DNA of 64,000 nt from Camelus dromedarius (GCF_036321535.1 NC_087436.1:63614001-63678000), one strand, 5' to 3'. Shown: positions 26,430 to 39,622, counted from the first letter of the stretch. Notes: generated from the sequence alone by a model not told the origin. Made by a program: numbers and translations.

Positions 26430-26960
26430 TTTTTTAAATCTTAAAATAGCCCTTTAAATTCAGTGACATGTCATTTTTTGAATTAGGGAAGAGATTTCAG
26501 AGAATTTTAATTTTGTACATCACACAAAGCATAAATTGTGTTTCATTATATTTTCATTTTACTTCACATTCTTCATATTGTAAAGAATTAAAATTGTATT
26601 TTACAAGTTTTCTCATTTACTTTGCTGATTCCATTTTCAATCCCAATTCATTTTCAGTGATGTAATGAGACAGCAGTAAGAATGGGGAAACTCAAACACA
26701 AGTGAGATCATCAACAGCAATTTAGATTCAAGAAGCATTAAAATATGGGCAGAAAATGACAGCACTTTGTTGTTTCTGGGATATAAAGGGGTAAGGTACA
26801 TGACAAAGTCCTGAGAGGTGGGCTAAGGTTTCTGGGAGAGATTTGTCTGCCATAGTGAGTTGCATGGGCTTGGCTTTTGACCCAGTTATTTCTTCAAAAC
26901 CAAACTTTAAATGGTGGATTTTTAGGTCTAAAGCCTTGAAATTACTAACCTCTTGATAGA
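26430..26960 (-). mobile_element. Possible ancient CR1/L2-type LINE RT fossil
   Basis: Reading FKALDLKIHH..EEIT...P...LP...YITENELGLKMES..QFMLCVMY loosely resembles the KA.GPD.IH...I..Q.GF...S..AFD.V.H order. Degenerate. Confidence 0.35.
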
Positions 26961-27384
26961 CTATGGGAAATGACAAAAAAGCTAATTCTTTAAAGGTAAG
27001 TATATATTTTATACCAAAAAAAGTCACTTTAGATCTGACAAAAGTGAATCATAACTATTGTAAATATTGTCATTCCCTGCCCAGTTTAGTAATTTTTATT
27101 CCTTGAAATGAAGTAACTTACTAAAGAAAAATCACGTCTAGTTTCCTCCTTATCTCAAAGGTCAATAATTAATTACTGTGTATTAATTCATAAATTATAG
27201 TTTTAAAGTACTTAAAAGCCTACGAGTTTCATTCTTTTATGTTTAATTAGAACAATTTTGGCTATACTTTCCAGGAATCTGTGAAAATTCTGGATATGGT
27301 TTAACCACTGTGGTTACTGGCAATCAAGTCTGCTAATATAAACCGAAAAGTTATAGCTAGTTACCTGAAGAAAACACTCCTTAC

Positions 27385-27465
27385 TTTCTTCTGTCTGCCT
27401 CTATCTCCATGACTTTACATTGTTCTGACAAGCAGCACATAATTTCTTTGGAGTGAATACCTCTT
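27385..27465 (-). CDS. Candidate exon (81 nt)
   Basis: Very strong acceptor ttcatgttctttactgtggtttccttatag, donor AAA|gtaagg. Open in phase 2: RGIHSKEIMCCLSEQCKVMEIEADRR(K). Confidence 0.6.
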
Positions 27466-27974
27466 CTATAAGGAAACCACAGTAAAGAACATGAAAATAG
27501 TTGACAACAATGACCAGATTTCCACACATTCCATTCTATTTTAAGATTGTTGCTAAGCCTCAGCACAGCTTGTTTTCCAAAGTATAAAGAAATAATTTAC
27601 CACTCTCATGGTATTAATACATCTTACCGCTTTTATGTGCAAAAAACCCCAAAACAAAAACTTCTCTTCCATGTCACAGGTTGGTATAATAGTAAACCTC
27701 GATTTCAGCCTGCGTGTTACACTTTATGATAATAGTTTAGTATTGTTTGCTTTGGTTTGGTTAGCTGTCATCCACATTAAAAAAAAAAAAAAGTAATTAC
27801 AAAAGAAATGGCATTATCCACCATTAAGAACTCTTGGCCCCAGGGATACTTATTAACATGAAAAAGTCAAGTCTCTAAACAAAAGAGAGTTAAACAATTG
27901 GTCATTGTTCTGTTGTACCTAAAAAAAACATTTCCTCAACTGCTACCTATATCACTAGCATTTTAGAACAGTAC

Positions 27975-28510
27975 TGTTAGGTAGTTAGATAAGTAGGGGC
28001 ACCGGGAGACCGGTGGAGCAGAGGGAGGATGGTCCAGAAGATGGCGTTGTGCCCACCTCCAGTATAAAGAGACTTCTAAATGAGTGTCAGCAAAAAACCA
28101 GTTAGAACCTGACAGCCATGACTGCATGGTAGCAGAAAGGATTTAACCAGATATGACCTGATGTTCACTGTATTATAATTAACATTGAGGTTTAGCACCT
28201 CCACCATGAGATTTTCTGTGTACACCATGGATAAGGACATGCACAAAGGGGCCAAATATGACTAAGCATTCCAGGGACAAAAGCTGTCAATCAATCAAGA
28301 GACCACCTCTAAATGAGGATATAAGAGAAAGGGGAGACAAAACCTGCCGCTTTTCCTCCCTTGGATCAGCCTGCCTCCTATTCTTGGAGATGTACTTTTC
28401 CTTTTCCAAATAAATCTTTAAAAAAATTTTCACTACACAGTGCATCTCCCAACTGAAAACTTATCTTTTGGGTATGACTAGAACTGGGGTCTTTACCTTT
28501 TAGGGTAACA
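27975..28510 (+). mobile_element. ERV1-class solo LTR (536 bp), TG...CA, 4-bp TSD GTAC
   Basis: tgttaggtagttagat...gggtaaca flanked by gtac (27971-27974 and 28511-28514). TATA-like gatataag near 28318 and AATAAA near 28409. Confidence 0.9.
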
Positions 28511-29084
28511 GTACTACCGACGTGCAGCCACTGCAGTTCTGAGTTCTTGGTCTATGCTCTAATATAAAGTAATTTCATACTGTAGGTGTTATTTTCATTC
28601 TTGTTGCCACTGATAGTTGTAAACACTGTAATGCATCATCTCTCTGTACTCCATTAACACCTCATTCCATGAAAGTTGTATTAGCTTTTCTGGACCCAAC
28701 TAGTAATGTCACACAGAGTACTGGAGTCTTGTCATTACAAGATGATCTCAAGATGACCGCATGAATGCTGAAACTCTTCTCTCAGGCTTTCTGGGAATAA
28801 CTAAGTGAAGGGGGCTAGCAAAGAGCTTTCACAGAATGTTTATGCCCAAAAGAAGGACCTGTGAAGACAGATGATTCGTCTCTAGGAACAAAAGTTTAAT
28901 AAGATGGAACCAGAATATGACAGAAATTATTACAATAAAGTCAGAACGGGGTCATTTTAGGGACCAGGGTAAAGTTCCATGCCCAAAAAAATCTTCCTTC
29001 AGAATGAATTCTGAATCTATAGTCAAAACAGCCCTCTTTGTCCTTGCAGCCTTTACTGTATAGTAATTTGCAAATGTCCCTAGA

Positions 29085-29250
29085 ACGATGAGTTGTGGCT
29101 TAATGGGTATAGATTTTAGTTTTGAAAGATGAAAAGAATTATGGAGACTGGTTATACAACAGTGTACTTAACAGTACTGAACGGTATGCTTTAAAATAGT
29201 TATGATGGTAAATTTTGTTATGTGAACTTTACCACAATTTTTAAAAACTT
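29085..29250 (+). mobile_element. L1MB-type 3' end
   Basis: ttaatgggtatagattttagttttg..agatgaaaag...gtacttaacagtactgaac...taaattttg. Confidence 0.75.
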
Positions 29251-30099
29251 AAGTAAAAATAGGGGAGGAGAGCATATTTTTGAGTTAACTGTTAACAAAA
29301 CACTTCTATGCGTTGTTTTTAAAATATGATCTATACGAATATACTGAGAGGGCAATATTAGTCTTATTAACAGATTGGAATACTGAAAACTCAGACCAGT
29401 TACATGAATTGCCTGAGGTTAAGTAGATTTGTAAATGGAAAAGTTATTTTGAATTCAGGACTCAAAGGTAATATTGTAATTCTGTATTTTTTCTACTACC
29501 CCAAAATATTTTGGAAACAAATTGTGGTACTAGGAGAAGGTAGGGAAAAAAATTTTATCATTGAGTAAAAGTTAGAAAGCATATGTCAGAAGTCAGATAA
29601 GAACAAATAATGGTAAAAAGTCTCAAAGCCTTTATTTAAAAGAAATTCTTATGCTTTTTATTTTCTTTCTTTGAACAACTGTGTTGTACACAATTTTAAT
29701 ATTCAAATAATATATATACATTTATTTTTAGATGTTGTTTTCTTTTTTTTTTTTTTTGCCATTTTTAGCTTTACTGAGGTGTAACTGACAAAATAGTATT
29801 AAAGGGAAAAAAAATCCACCAAATCAACCTACCTTTTTTTTTTTTCAGTTCTATTGAGGTATAACTGACAAAACTGTAAGATATTTAAAAAGAAAAAATC
29901 CACCTACCTAAAAGTGTCACTTTTACTTGTGTTCTTCTTTGCCTGGTATAGTATCATCCCATTTTTTTTTTTTTAAAGAAATACCTACTACTGAACAAAG
30001 ATAACGTCACTCACCTTTTTAAAAGCAAGAATTATGAAGACTTAGAGGAAATAAATCAATCACAGGAAAAGAAAAAGCATGTGGAAATAAATGAAGACA

Positions 30100-30512
30100 A
30101 TTCAAAGACTATTTATGAAAAGCTTGCTATCCAAGGGAGTCAACCACCATTGTTTGCCTTGGCAATGACTCAAAGTCAGGGAGGGGAGTAGGAAAGCTTA
30201 ACAGTGAAGAAAAGAGAGAAGGCTTAGTAAGTGCTCTGATGGGAGTTTGCTGGCAGGGGGAAGCTGGATGCGGGCTATCTACAAGTGGTGCTCCAGTGTT
30301 CCTGTATGATTGGTTTGGGGGCTGTACTTGGCTTTCTCTGGTTAGCCCTAAGGAACAAAAATTAGGGAAGCTGGCAGTCATGGACCAAGTCCTGACTGTT
30401 CTGTGCTGAATGCTTCAGAGGTTGTGGTTTGTCTTCTTGGGCTGTTTGCTCTACAGATTACAGGTCCAAGTTCAGTTGTCATATATGGTCCACTGTATAT
30501 TCGTTCTCTCAA
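30100..30512 (-). mobile_element. Old ERV LTR (MER89/MER90-like)
   Basis: Reverse complement begins tgagagaacgaatatacagtggaccatatatgacaac; family assigned from memory. Confidence 0.6.
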
Positions 30513-31276
30513 GCACATGGGAAATGTTTAGAGATTTCAGATTAGTAATAAATGAGGAAAAGTGAGTATATGGGAACTGTTTCATGTAGTGGCAAAATTT
30601 CAATAGCAGGCAAAACCCAAGGTGACCTCAAAAGCATGTTGTGTTACCTATAAAACCTAGAATATTTACAGTAACTAAATGGTGTTTACTCAAACAAATG
30701 TACACAATCTTGGTCTAGCAAGAAATAAGAAAAAAGAGAAAATAAAATCGGTATTTTATTTTTTAAAATAATTTCTCTGTATTTTATCAGAAACAGGAGT
30801 TCCAGCTTCTCAAATACCTATCAGGTTCTCAATTCTTGACTACTAGAAATCTCCACTATTCATTTAAGGAAGAAATCACCCAGGCATATACAATTTACAA
30901 AAAGAAATTATGTGAAAGCTTAAGTATATTCAGTCAGTATATTTTCAATATGATTATTTTTATGAAATATGTAGTCATTCAGTTATCTCAAATCTTTGAC
31001 TACATTTTTCTCTGAATGAGTCAATCCACATAGGAGTAAAAGTAGTTAAATTAACTTTTAAAGTTGTTATTAGAATATCATATTAAATCATCCTGATTTA
31101 AGAATTAGTCCAAAGGAAATTTTTTTTTGTTTTCTCCATTTTTCCTCGATGTTTTTCTGTTTTCTTATCTATAGTCACGCTTTTTTCTTTTCCTGTCTTC
31201 ATACATGCTCCCTTCATTTCTCTCTCATTTTCTTCTTTCTCTTCTTTCATTCTATCATTGAACCATTTTCTTTATT

Positions 31277-31795
31277 TGTAAATGCATTGATGATGCTTTT
31301 CACATTCTGCTGCTTTGACATCTTGGGGTCTTGCTGACATGGGAGAGACTGACATTCCGGGGCTGGGACTGACTAGCCTGCAAGTGTGCCTTTCACAGGC
31401 AGATCAGCCAACCCAAAGCCTATACCCTAAACTCTCTCCTTTGCCCAGATCTCAGACCACTTTCTTTCCATCCTAATTACCCCAGAGCCAGCTAACAGAC
31501 ACCTGTAACAGCCCCTATACCCCAGAGCCTGCTGAAATTATTCAATCTTGCCAATTCTAAACAGGCTTACCCTGTCATGCCTTTCCTGTGGAAACCACGA
31601 TAAAGGCTTTTACCACTTCTTGCAGCCCTTTCTGCCTCCTTCCTGACTCCCATGTTTCTCCTTGTGGCCCTGCAAGGCATGCCAAGTCCCCCCTCTTGGG
31701 AACTGTGAGAAACCACTGTCTCTTCAATGGAAATCAACTCCTGATCTGTTGGCCTGACTGTACCTGAATAATAAAATCCACATTTTAAAATAGTA
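31277..31795 (+). mobile_element. MER74-like ERVL LTR
   Basis: gctttgacatcttggggtcttgctgac...gtgcctttca...ggaactgtgag...aataaaatc. Confidence 0.75.
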
Positions 31796-32717
31796 ATGTC
31801 TGATAGAAAAGGTGGCAGTGGATTGCTGAGTGAGAGAGAAAAAGCCAGCTCCCAGTTTTGTTTTGTTTTTTTATAGACTTTGAGTTCAAACAACTGATTG
31901 GTTTTCTGATGAATTTTCAAACTGTGCATGTATATAGTCCTTAATGAGCACTAATGCCCTGACCTTGTGTGAGGAAAGCATTCTGAAGAAAATTTATGGC
32001 AGATGGAAAATTACACTTGAAGCATCTGGAGCACTTTTAATTTTCTTATCCTCAGAAAATAACAGAGCATTATCAGACTTGCCCCTATAACTAGTTATAC
32101 ATTTCTTCGGAAGAAATTGAATAGTCTCATTCTTCAAAGTAGCCAACCTACAGGAGCACCCAAATAATTAAGTCCTCTCCCACAAAATGAAGGATTAAAG
32201 GCAAAGACATTTCACCAGAGACACATACACGAGAAAAGCATTCCATAAGACTACCAATAGACTGCATGAAAATAGCAAACATAAAGCTAGTTGGTGTCTA
32301 AATGTTCTCCAAACATTTTTGATGGCTCATCCCCTCAGTACAAAATCTTGAGTGTATCCTCAGATATAAAAATTTATTTCAAAATATAAATGTGTATACC
32401 AACAAATTAGAGTAGTGAAGCACAAATTATTTCCTGATTTCTAGATTCTTGCAAAGAAATGTAAATTTATTATTTTCTTTTTATACCTAAATGTGTTATT
32501 TACAACATCCTCTCCAAGCACACACCTCTTGGGGAACTTTAGGTAACATAGAGCTTGCAATCTAGTCCAGATTATTGAAAAAGCTTGCTGCCTTTGTTCT
32601 TCCTTTTCTCACCTCCCCCAGCCCCTACTAACATTCTTCACACAGCAACTGCAGTGATATTTTTAAAACATTAGTCAGTTTTTGTCCTTCTCTTTAGATG
32701 CCTCCAAATCTTCCAAC

Positions 32718-33175
32718 TGTCAGAGTTTGAGTTTCCCAGCTGTAGGCTGTGAGATGAGGTTTTGTATGCAAGTGATTTTATAAGGAAATGTTCCCAGGGA
32801 AACTGGAAAGGAACTGTTCCCAGGGGAAACCCAGGGGAACAGAACAGAGAAAGGGAGAAATCCAGGCAAGGTTCTATCATAGGCGAAGTCCCAGAGAGTT
32901 GTTTAAGCCTGATCCCAAAGAAGAACTCTAGAGAGAAAACTATCCCTCGGTGTTTCCTCAACTAGAGGTTGTACCCATCAGTTATCTAATTAGTGGGTGT
33001 GGGGGTCACAGGCATAAATTTCAGATACTCTTCTGCAGTGTGGACAATGTAGGGCCCTGCCACTTAAAGGCATTCATCCAAAAAGAGTCACAGGCGCTAG
33101 TTCTCAAGAAAAAAGCACACTGAAGCTGAAATATGGACAAAAATGGTCATACAGATCCCAGGGAATTTGGGCACC
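32718..33175. mobile_element. ERVL-class LTR (LTR16-like) nested in L2
   Basis: tgtcagagtttgagtttccc...gatgaggttttgtatgcaagtgatttt; L2 sequence continues on both sides. Confidence 0.5.
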
Positions 33176-33179
33176 AGTA

Positions 33180-33662
33180 TTACTCATTACATAATCTCAC
33201 TTAGAAAAGAATCCAAACTACTTGTCATGGCTTTGTGAGATTCAGTCCTGACTCTTCTGCAACCACATCTTGTATGACTCTCCATACCCAAAACTAACCT
33301 ATGTTCTCTTCTTTTAACCAACCGAGTTTGATCCATGTGGGTTTATTCCCTTTTTCTGAATGATCTGACCCCCATCTCTCTACTATATGATTCCAATTTA
33401 AGTTAAAATGGTTTCCTTTCAGAGTCCTTCCCTCATCCTCTGTTCTAAAGAAGTTTCCATGACCCTCCTGGCTATATGAATTTGTTTTATTTTCTTTATA
33501 TCATTTATCATAATCTGAAATCATCTTATTTATTATTGTCTCTATTGTCCCTCACTGCAATGTAAACTTCACGTCTTTCTTATTCATCCTTTTATCCCCA
33601 CCATACAAAGTGGTGTCCGATGTATGTTAGGTGATCAATAGTTATCTAATAAATAAATAAAA
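33180..33662 (+). mobile_element. L2 3' fragment
   Basis: aatccaaactacttgtcatggc...cagagtccttccct...aatgtaaacttc...gtatgttaggtgatcaatag...aataaataaa. Confidence 0.7.
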
Positions 33663-35862
33663 GGGCCATACATGGCCTACTTATATCTTGTCTACTTCAT
33701 CTTACCTCCTTAGATTCCTATCCTCTATTAATAGGGCTGTTCTCAGGAAATGGAAGGTATCTCATCAAGAATAAATTAGAGAAATAATTTAAGAAGAAAT
33801 GTCCTCAGCATAAAATAAAGCATCTGTATAAGCTCTTAGAGTACACTGCCCTGTTGTTCAAGCTGCTTGTTTGTGAATCTCATCAGTGCATCTTTGACTG
33901 ATCTCACTGAGGTCCCTGGCCTTGAACTTCACTGTTTGGACAAATATGAGAATCTATTTTTGTTTATATAAGCAGTATTCTAGAGGGCAGCAATATACTT
34001 GAACACAGCAGGAACAGAATACAGCCTGAAATTTGATTTATAAAACAGCATATGTGGGTGTCAACGTTTAACTCACAATATTTCACATACACTGTGAGAA
34101 ATCATGCTTAATTTAGTTTGTCTATAACCAATGACTGTTACTCCCCAAGTTTCCACTCATGAATTAGAGAAAAAACTTTTACTTTGGATACTTTTGGTTT
34201 AAAACTTAATCCAATTCAATTATTTAAAGATCCTATTTAATAACTTAATTAAGATATAAATCCATGATTTAAAGACTCCATTTAGATAATGATCAGTGTT
34301 ATTAGAAAAATCACTCAGTCCCTCAAATATCTCAAGCATCTACCTATTTCCTTGCACCATCCCTAGGGTTGGATACAAATCTACAAAGGAAGAATGTGCC
34401 TTCCCCACACGTCTGGCCATCAGAAAGTCCCAGGGACCTTTGTTGTTATGTCCTGTGGCTCCACCCCACGACTATGTCCCTAGTCTGTGCCTTTGCTACT
34501 TCCCAATGGGCAAAGTATGTGGCTGGCATGACTCAAAGTCTTGTTTTTCTCTCCTTTTTATGTTTTATATAAATTCTAAGATATTATTTTAGGTAGAAGA
34601 TATAAAGGTATAAAAATGATTTTATAGAATATGTATAGCTCAAAATTTATATATGAAAATGAATAATTGACCTTATTAAAATCATTCTGTTTGCTTCTCT
34701 ATCGAATGTGCACAATGAGTCAAAATTAGTTCATTTACATTACTACATTTATTCTCTTCATTTTATCACACTCAGAATTCTAACATTTTACAACTAAAAT
34801 GGGTCTTGGAAATCAATAAATTAAACTCTTCATTTTACTAATGGAAAAGCTAAGATATGTGTACATGGCAGGCTATGGGAATTTTTTTCCCAAGTCCCAA
34901 AAGTCTGAGTTTCAAATGTGGAATCTGGGTCTCAGTTCCCAGCGTAATGTATTTTCTTCTGTTCTGCAAGGTTTAACATCAGGTTCTATGCATTTCCAAA
35001 CTTCATCTTAAAATACAGGGGGCATTTCTTAGTTCCCCTTCTCTTTGATGTCCTCTTGATATTTGGCATCCTTAACAATACCTTTTTTGGTTTTATGCTA
35101 TTACATATTTCTGAATCTCCTCCTCCTCCTTATAACTTGGTCTTTTTTTTTTTTTTAATACTTCTTTTCCTTTTCCTCATTCTGAAATTTAACTAAAAGA
35201 GCATTTATTCTCTCCAAAGCTGTTACCCGCTTGCTAGTATTTCTTCTTTCTCAGGACTCTGAGTCACCAATTCTATCTTCTCAGTGGTTACCACTAAGTA
35301 GATGATTCACAAATCATCTTTTAAAAAACTCTTTCAACTTCCTCTTGTTATTTCCCACCAACACAAACTTACTTAATTCCTTTCCAGGTAGTCACATTCC
35401 TGTCAACAGGGAGAGATTTTCCCAGAGGTACTTCGTTTACTTCAGTCATAAACTTAAAAGTACATTCGGGATTGAAATTAATATTTCAGTGGATAATCTG
35501 TGCTTGAGTTCCTATAATGTTTTAATGTTTTTCCATATAAGTTAGATATTGTTAGTAAATTCTAATATTTAATGAATATTTATATTTTTAATATAATTTA
35601 TTATCAGATATTGCTACAGTATGAAAATAGTTTTTGTAAATAAATCTTATATATGGCAACCATGAACTGTTATTTCTAATTGAGGAAATTAGACTTTTTA
35701 GCATTGCTAAATATTTTCTATAGTAAATCCATTATTTTGTAATTTGAAAGAAAATGAATTATAAAATAATGTATGTTTTAATATTTTTATAAATGTCATT
35801 ATATTCTACATATTCCTAAATTCTATTAGGATTCTTCCTTATCACTACAATTGAGAGAACTC

Positions 35863-36243
35863 ATAATCAGTGAACCCAGGCAGATAAAGACAAATATATG
35901 ATATCACTTATATGTAGAATCTAAAAAAATACAAATGAACTTATTTACAAAATAGAAACAGACTCAGACATAGAAAACAAACTTATGGTTACCAAGGGGA
36001 AAGGGGGGATATAAATTAGGAGTCTGAGATTAATAGATAAATACCACTATATATAAAATAGATAAACAGTAAGAATTTACTGTCTAGAACCTGGAACTAT
36101 ATTCAGTATCTCATAATAACCTATAATGGAAAACAATCTGAAAAAATATATGTATGTATGTATAACTGAATCACTTTGCTGTAACCCAGAAACTAACAGA
36201 ACATTGTAAATCAACTCTACTCCAAAAAAAAAAAAAAAAAAAA
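35863..36243 (+). mobile_element. Young L1 3' end with poly(A) tail and 9-bp TSD agagaactc
   Basis: aaagacaaatat..gatatcacttatatgt...acattgtaaatcaact + A20. TSD at 35854-35862 and 36244-36252. Confidence 0.9.
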
Positions 36244-37048
36244 AGAGAACTCTCAATTGTAGGACTGAAGAAAAACCCAATTAATAAACAATTATATGCT
36301 TTGATCTCTCTTGTCATGAATTCCTGGCAAAGCAAATCTTTCCAGATTTTCAGAATGGCTTTGAGACAATTAATATTGTAGTGCACTGCCCCTACCTCCA
36401 TACTCCACATTCCATTCATTCAGAGGAAACCTCATTAGACCCAGCCTTAAGCACCAGAGAAGAACATATCTATTTCTCTCCTAAAGTTTCTTTCCACATA
36501 ACAGAATTTTCCACTGGAAAAACTCTCCTATTCTCTCACCACCTCTTCACTCATTTTCCCCAGCAAAGACTCGACTTAATCTGATTATGGGGCTTAGAAG
36601 AATGAGACAGACCTATGGTATCTGGCTTCTCCATATGTGGGCTCTGCCTGGTGTCAGAAGTCCTAACCTCTCTTCTTGGTCTCAGGTTGATCATTAAGTT
36701 TAATTAAATATAACTCTGACCATGACTTTAGTTTTCTAGTAGTAAAATGTAGCTTCATTCACAATGAGTGGCAGATTCTTCCTAATAAACAAATACAGTG
36801 ATAAAGAAAGAGGCCTATGAAAATATCCTATCTATTTGTATTTAAGCAGATAAACAACCCAATGAAATGACTGGAAACCCAAAGGCTGAAGAGATTCTTC
36901 CAAAATCTGTGCTTGGAACTTATGCCTCTAAGAATAACACTTGCTCAGAGAATTAAGTAGAACATGGGGTGATTGGAAAAACATGGTTCAATTTTCTCAT
37001 CAGATAAAAAATAGCAAAATAATTAAAAGAAATGCCAATTATTCTGGG

Positions 37049-37480
37049 TGTAAACAACAACAATAACAAAGTACTTGGCATTCCAGTTCTACAAGGATCA
37101 GGCCATAAAAGCCACAAAAATTACCCACCCTGAAGGGAATTCAGGGTGGAGAAAAACAGGAAGCATTCTGTGCTTTTAATATATCAGCCCCTAGAGAGTC
37201 AAGACACATACCTAGGGAAAAATTTTTCCATACATAGAAAAGCACTAAAATCATTGCTTAAGATGTCTGTTTTTTCGTGATTATCAGTAATTTTTTTTAT
37301 GCTTGACTACGTGTTTTTCCTAGTAAAACAGTTCGAGTATATCCTGGCTCCTCCTTTATCTCTTCAGAACAGTTCATCAGAGCTATCAAGAGGCTGCCTA
37401 CTGGTCTATAGTCCTCAGCAAGTCCCCAGAATAAAACTTAACTCACAATTTTACATTGTACATTTTCCTTTTAGTCGACA
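37049..37480 (+). mobile_element. ERV1-class solo LTR (~432 bp)
   Basis: tgtaaac...gtcgaca termini, imperfect 4-bp TSD tggg/tagg, and AATAAA at ~37430. Confidence 0.7.
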
Positions 37481-38574
37481 TAGGAAAGAGGAATTTCTCA
37501 AGAGAAAAGTTGAAACTTACAAATTAAACAGACAAATTGGAAAACAATCTGCAAGGGCAGGATAGAGAGATACCAAAGGGAAAATGAGGTAGATCTGAAT
37601 ATAACTGCTCTTATAGAAGAGTCTCAGGAAAGATTATGTTGCTTTAGTTGTTAATAATCAGATAGTATGGCCCCAAAATGTCAAGATCACAGAAAGCAAA
37701 CTAAAATGACTTCCTGGGCAAAATTTAGGGTCTAAGGAAATACTGAGAATTGCCCCCTTTTACATGTAAATAGAGGGCCTAAAATAGGAGCAACTAAAAA
37801 CCTGTGGATTACTAGAGCATATCAAATGGTTATAGAAAACTTGAGCAGATTTTAGAGAAGACCAGAAAGATAACTGTAAAATGCTAGAAGAATGACTGAG
37901 TTGATTTCAGAAGGATTCCTTTATTAGTGGGTGGAGTACAGAGTTACCTGTGATCTGGACACAGATGACTGAAAAAAGTATTAAATTAGGATTTCAAAGA
38001 AAGAGAAAACTTTAAGCAGGGCCACTACTATCTCATAAGGTAAAACTGTGCAAATTAAATGTTTCTGTGCTTTGAATAGACACAGTGCCACGTAAGGGCA
38101 CAGAGCTCTATGATGGAGATGCAGGTAGAACACCTCCGTTTACAGTTCCCCACCTAAAAACCAAATGCAGTACCTCTGCAATTAACCACACCAACAGTAT
38201 ATCAGGAAGAACTATAGTAAACAGAGTCCAAGCTTGACATAGACATTAGTGTGATGGGAAAACAGCTTCTAGGTGGGATTATCCAACTGACGGTGAGGCA
38301 GAGGGAAAACATTTTGAACACTGGATACAGTTTGCAGGGCTATATTTCTCACTAACAGAGCACGCCTCCCAAGGGAAAAAAATCTAGAAAAACATGTTAA
38401 AATAAAACAAGACAAACAACAACATATAGTACCCAAAGAGCAGAAATTGTAAAACAAAAGTAGGCACTCGATTCCAGCAAACAATATCCCTGTGTTAAAA
38501 GAAAGGAAAAAAGGTCAACCTAAGACGCAGGTTAAAATGTTAAGAAGGATCATTTGATCCTTCCTAGAGTAGCA

Positions 38575-38730
38575 GGAAAGTGGTTCTCAACACTGCACAT
38601 ACTCAAGCATTTCAAAAAATAATTAAGGCTCCCGTCATAGCTCAGATCTATTGAATTAAGAGCTCTGGGGGGTGAGATTTTTTAAAAGAACTCCCTTAGT
38701 GCTTTCCAATTACAGTCAGAGTTCAGAAGC
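38575..38730. mobile_element. MER5-like MITE
   Basis: agtggttctcaac...gaattaagagctctgggggg...agtcagagttcagaagca. Confidence 0.5.
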
Positions 38731-38774
38731 AAATTATGATGCTACATAAAGATACGGACTGGAATGCTACTCAC

Positions 38775-38939
38775 AAAGCTGAGAAAAGGCTGTGCTGATA
38801 CAGGCATGGTAAAGCTGCTGCTCACTGCTGGACCGCTAGTGGGACACTTTTGGACGGAGTAAGAGTTCCTTCAATCGCGAAATCTTTTGGGGGTAATTCC
38901 ACAGCGGAATCAATTATGGGGTCTAGGGGCCAAGTTTCC
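38775..38939 (-). CDS. Candidate exon (165 nt to the gtgagt donor, or 114 nt to the internal gtgagc donor at 38826)
   Basis: Acceptor cttgcctcccag and five CpGs in a CpG-depleted region. Phase-2 reading ETWPLDPIIDSAVELPPKDFAIEGTLTPSKSVPLAVQQ*AAALPCLYQHSLFSA(L). Confidence 0.6.
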
Positions 38940-39622
38940 CTGGGAGGCAAGTTTCACAGTGTAAGCAATTTCATAGCAAGAGGCAATAACATTAGCCAAT
39001 GAGCAGGACAAAAAAATGCTTTGTCATGAGACTATGAAAAAGCTATGTCACTAGGCAGAGCTCACACTCACTATTACACTGACAAGACAGAGACACGGAG
39101 ACTCAAGTGGAAATAAAGATTAGGCAAGTTGAACTATTCTTGATTAAGAGCCAATACTGCAAATTTCTATTATCAGGGGCAGTGGCATTCACGTGCCACT
39201 CTCCAATAGAGGTTATCTTATATATTTCAGAAGTAATCACAGATTCCTGAAACTGGGCAACAATACAAACAAAACAAAAATAAGATTAAAAGCCCCCGTT
39301 TTTCTAAATGATGATGCCACCACTTCTCTAATCTTCATGTATCATTTATAGAATAAGCCAGTAGGATGGCTTTCCTCTCACTCAGTTGGCCTTTCTTAGC
39401 CCTTTTCTGCTTCTCTTTTGTGAATGCCCACTCCAGAAACCTAAAATGCTAAAAGGCCAGGATTCCATCTTTCCTTCTCCTGTGAACTCAGTCTTCTTCC
39501 CTTTCCACCAGTGAACCACTTCATCCAATGGGGAGTCGGCAGATTCAAATTATCTTCCATTTATCTTTCTTCTCAAGGCATTAATTTTTTTCTCTTATTT
39601 GAAAATGCAGTAAGAGCCTTAC

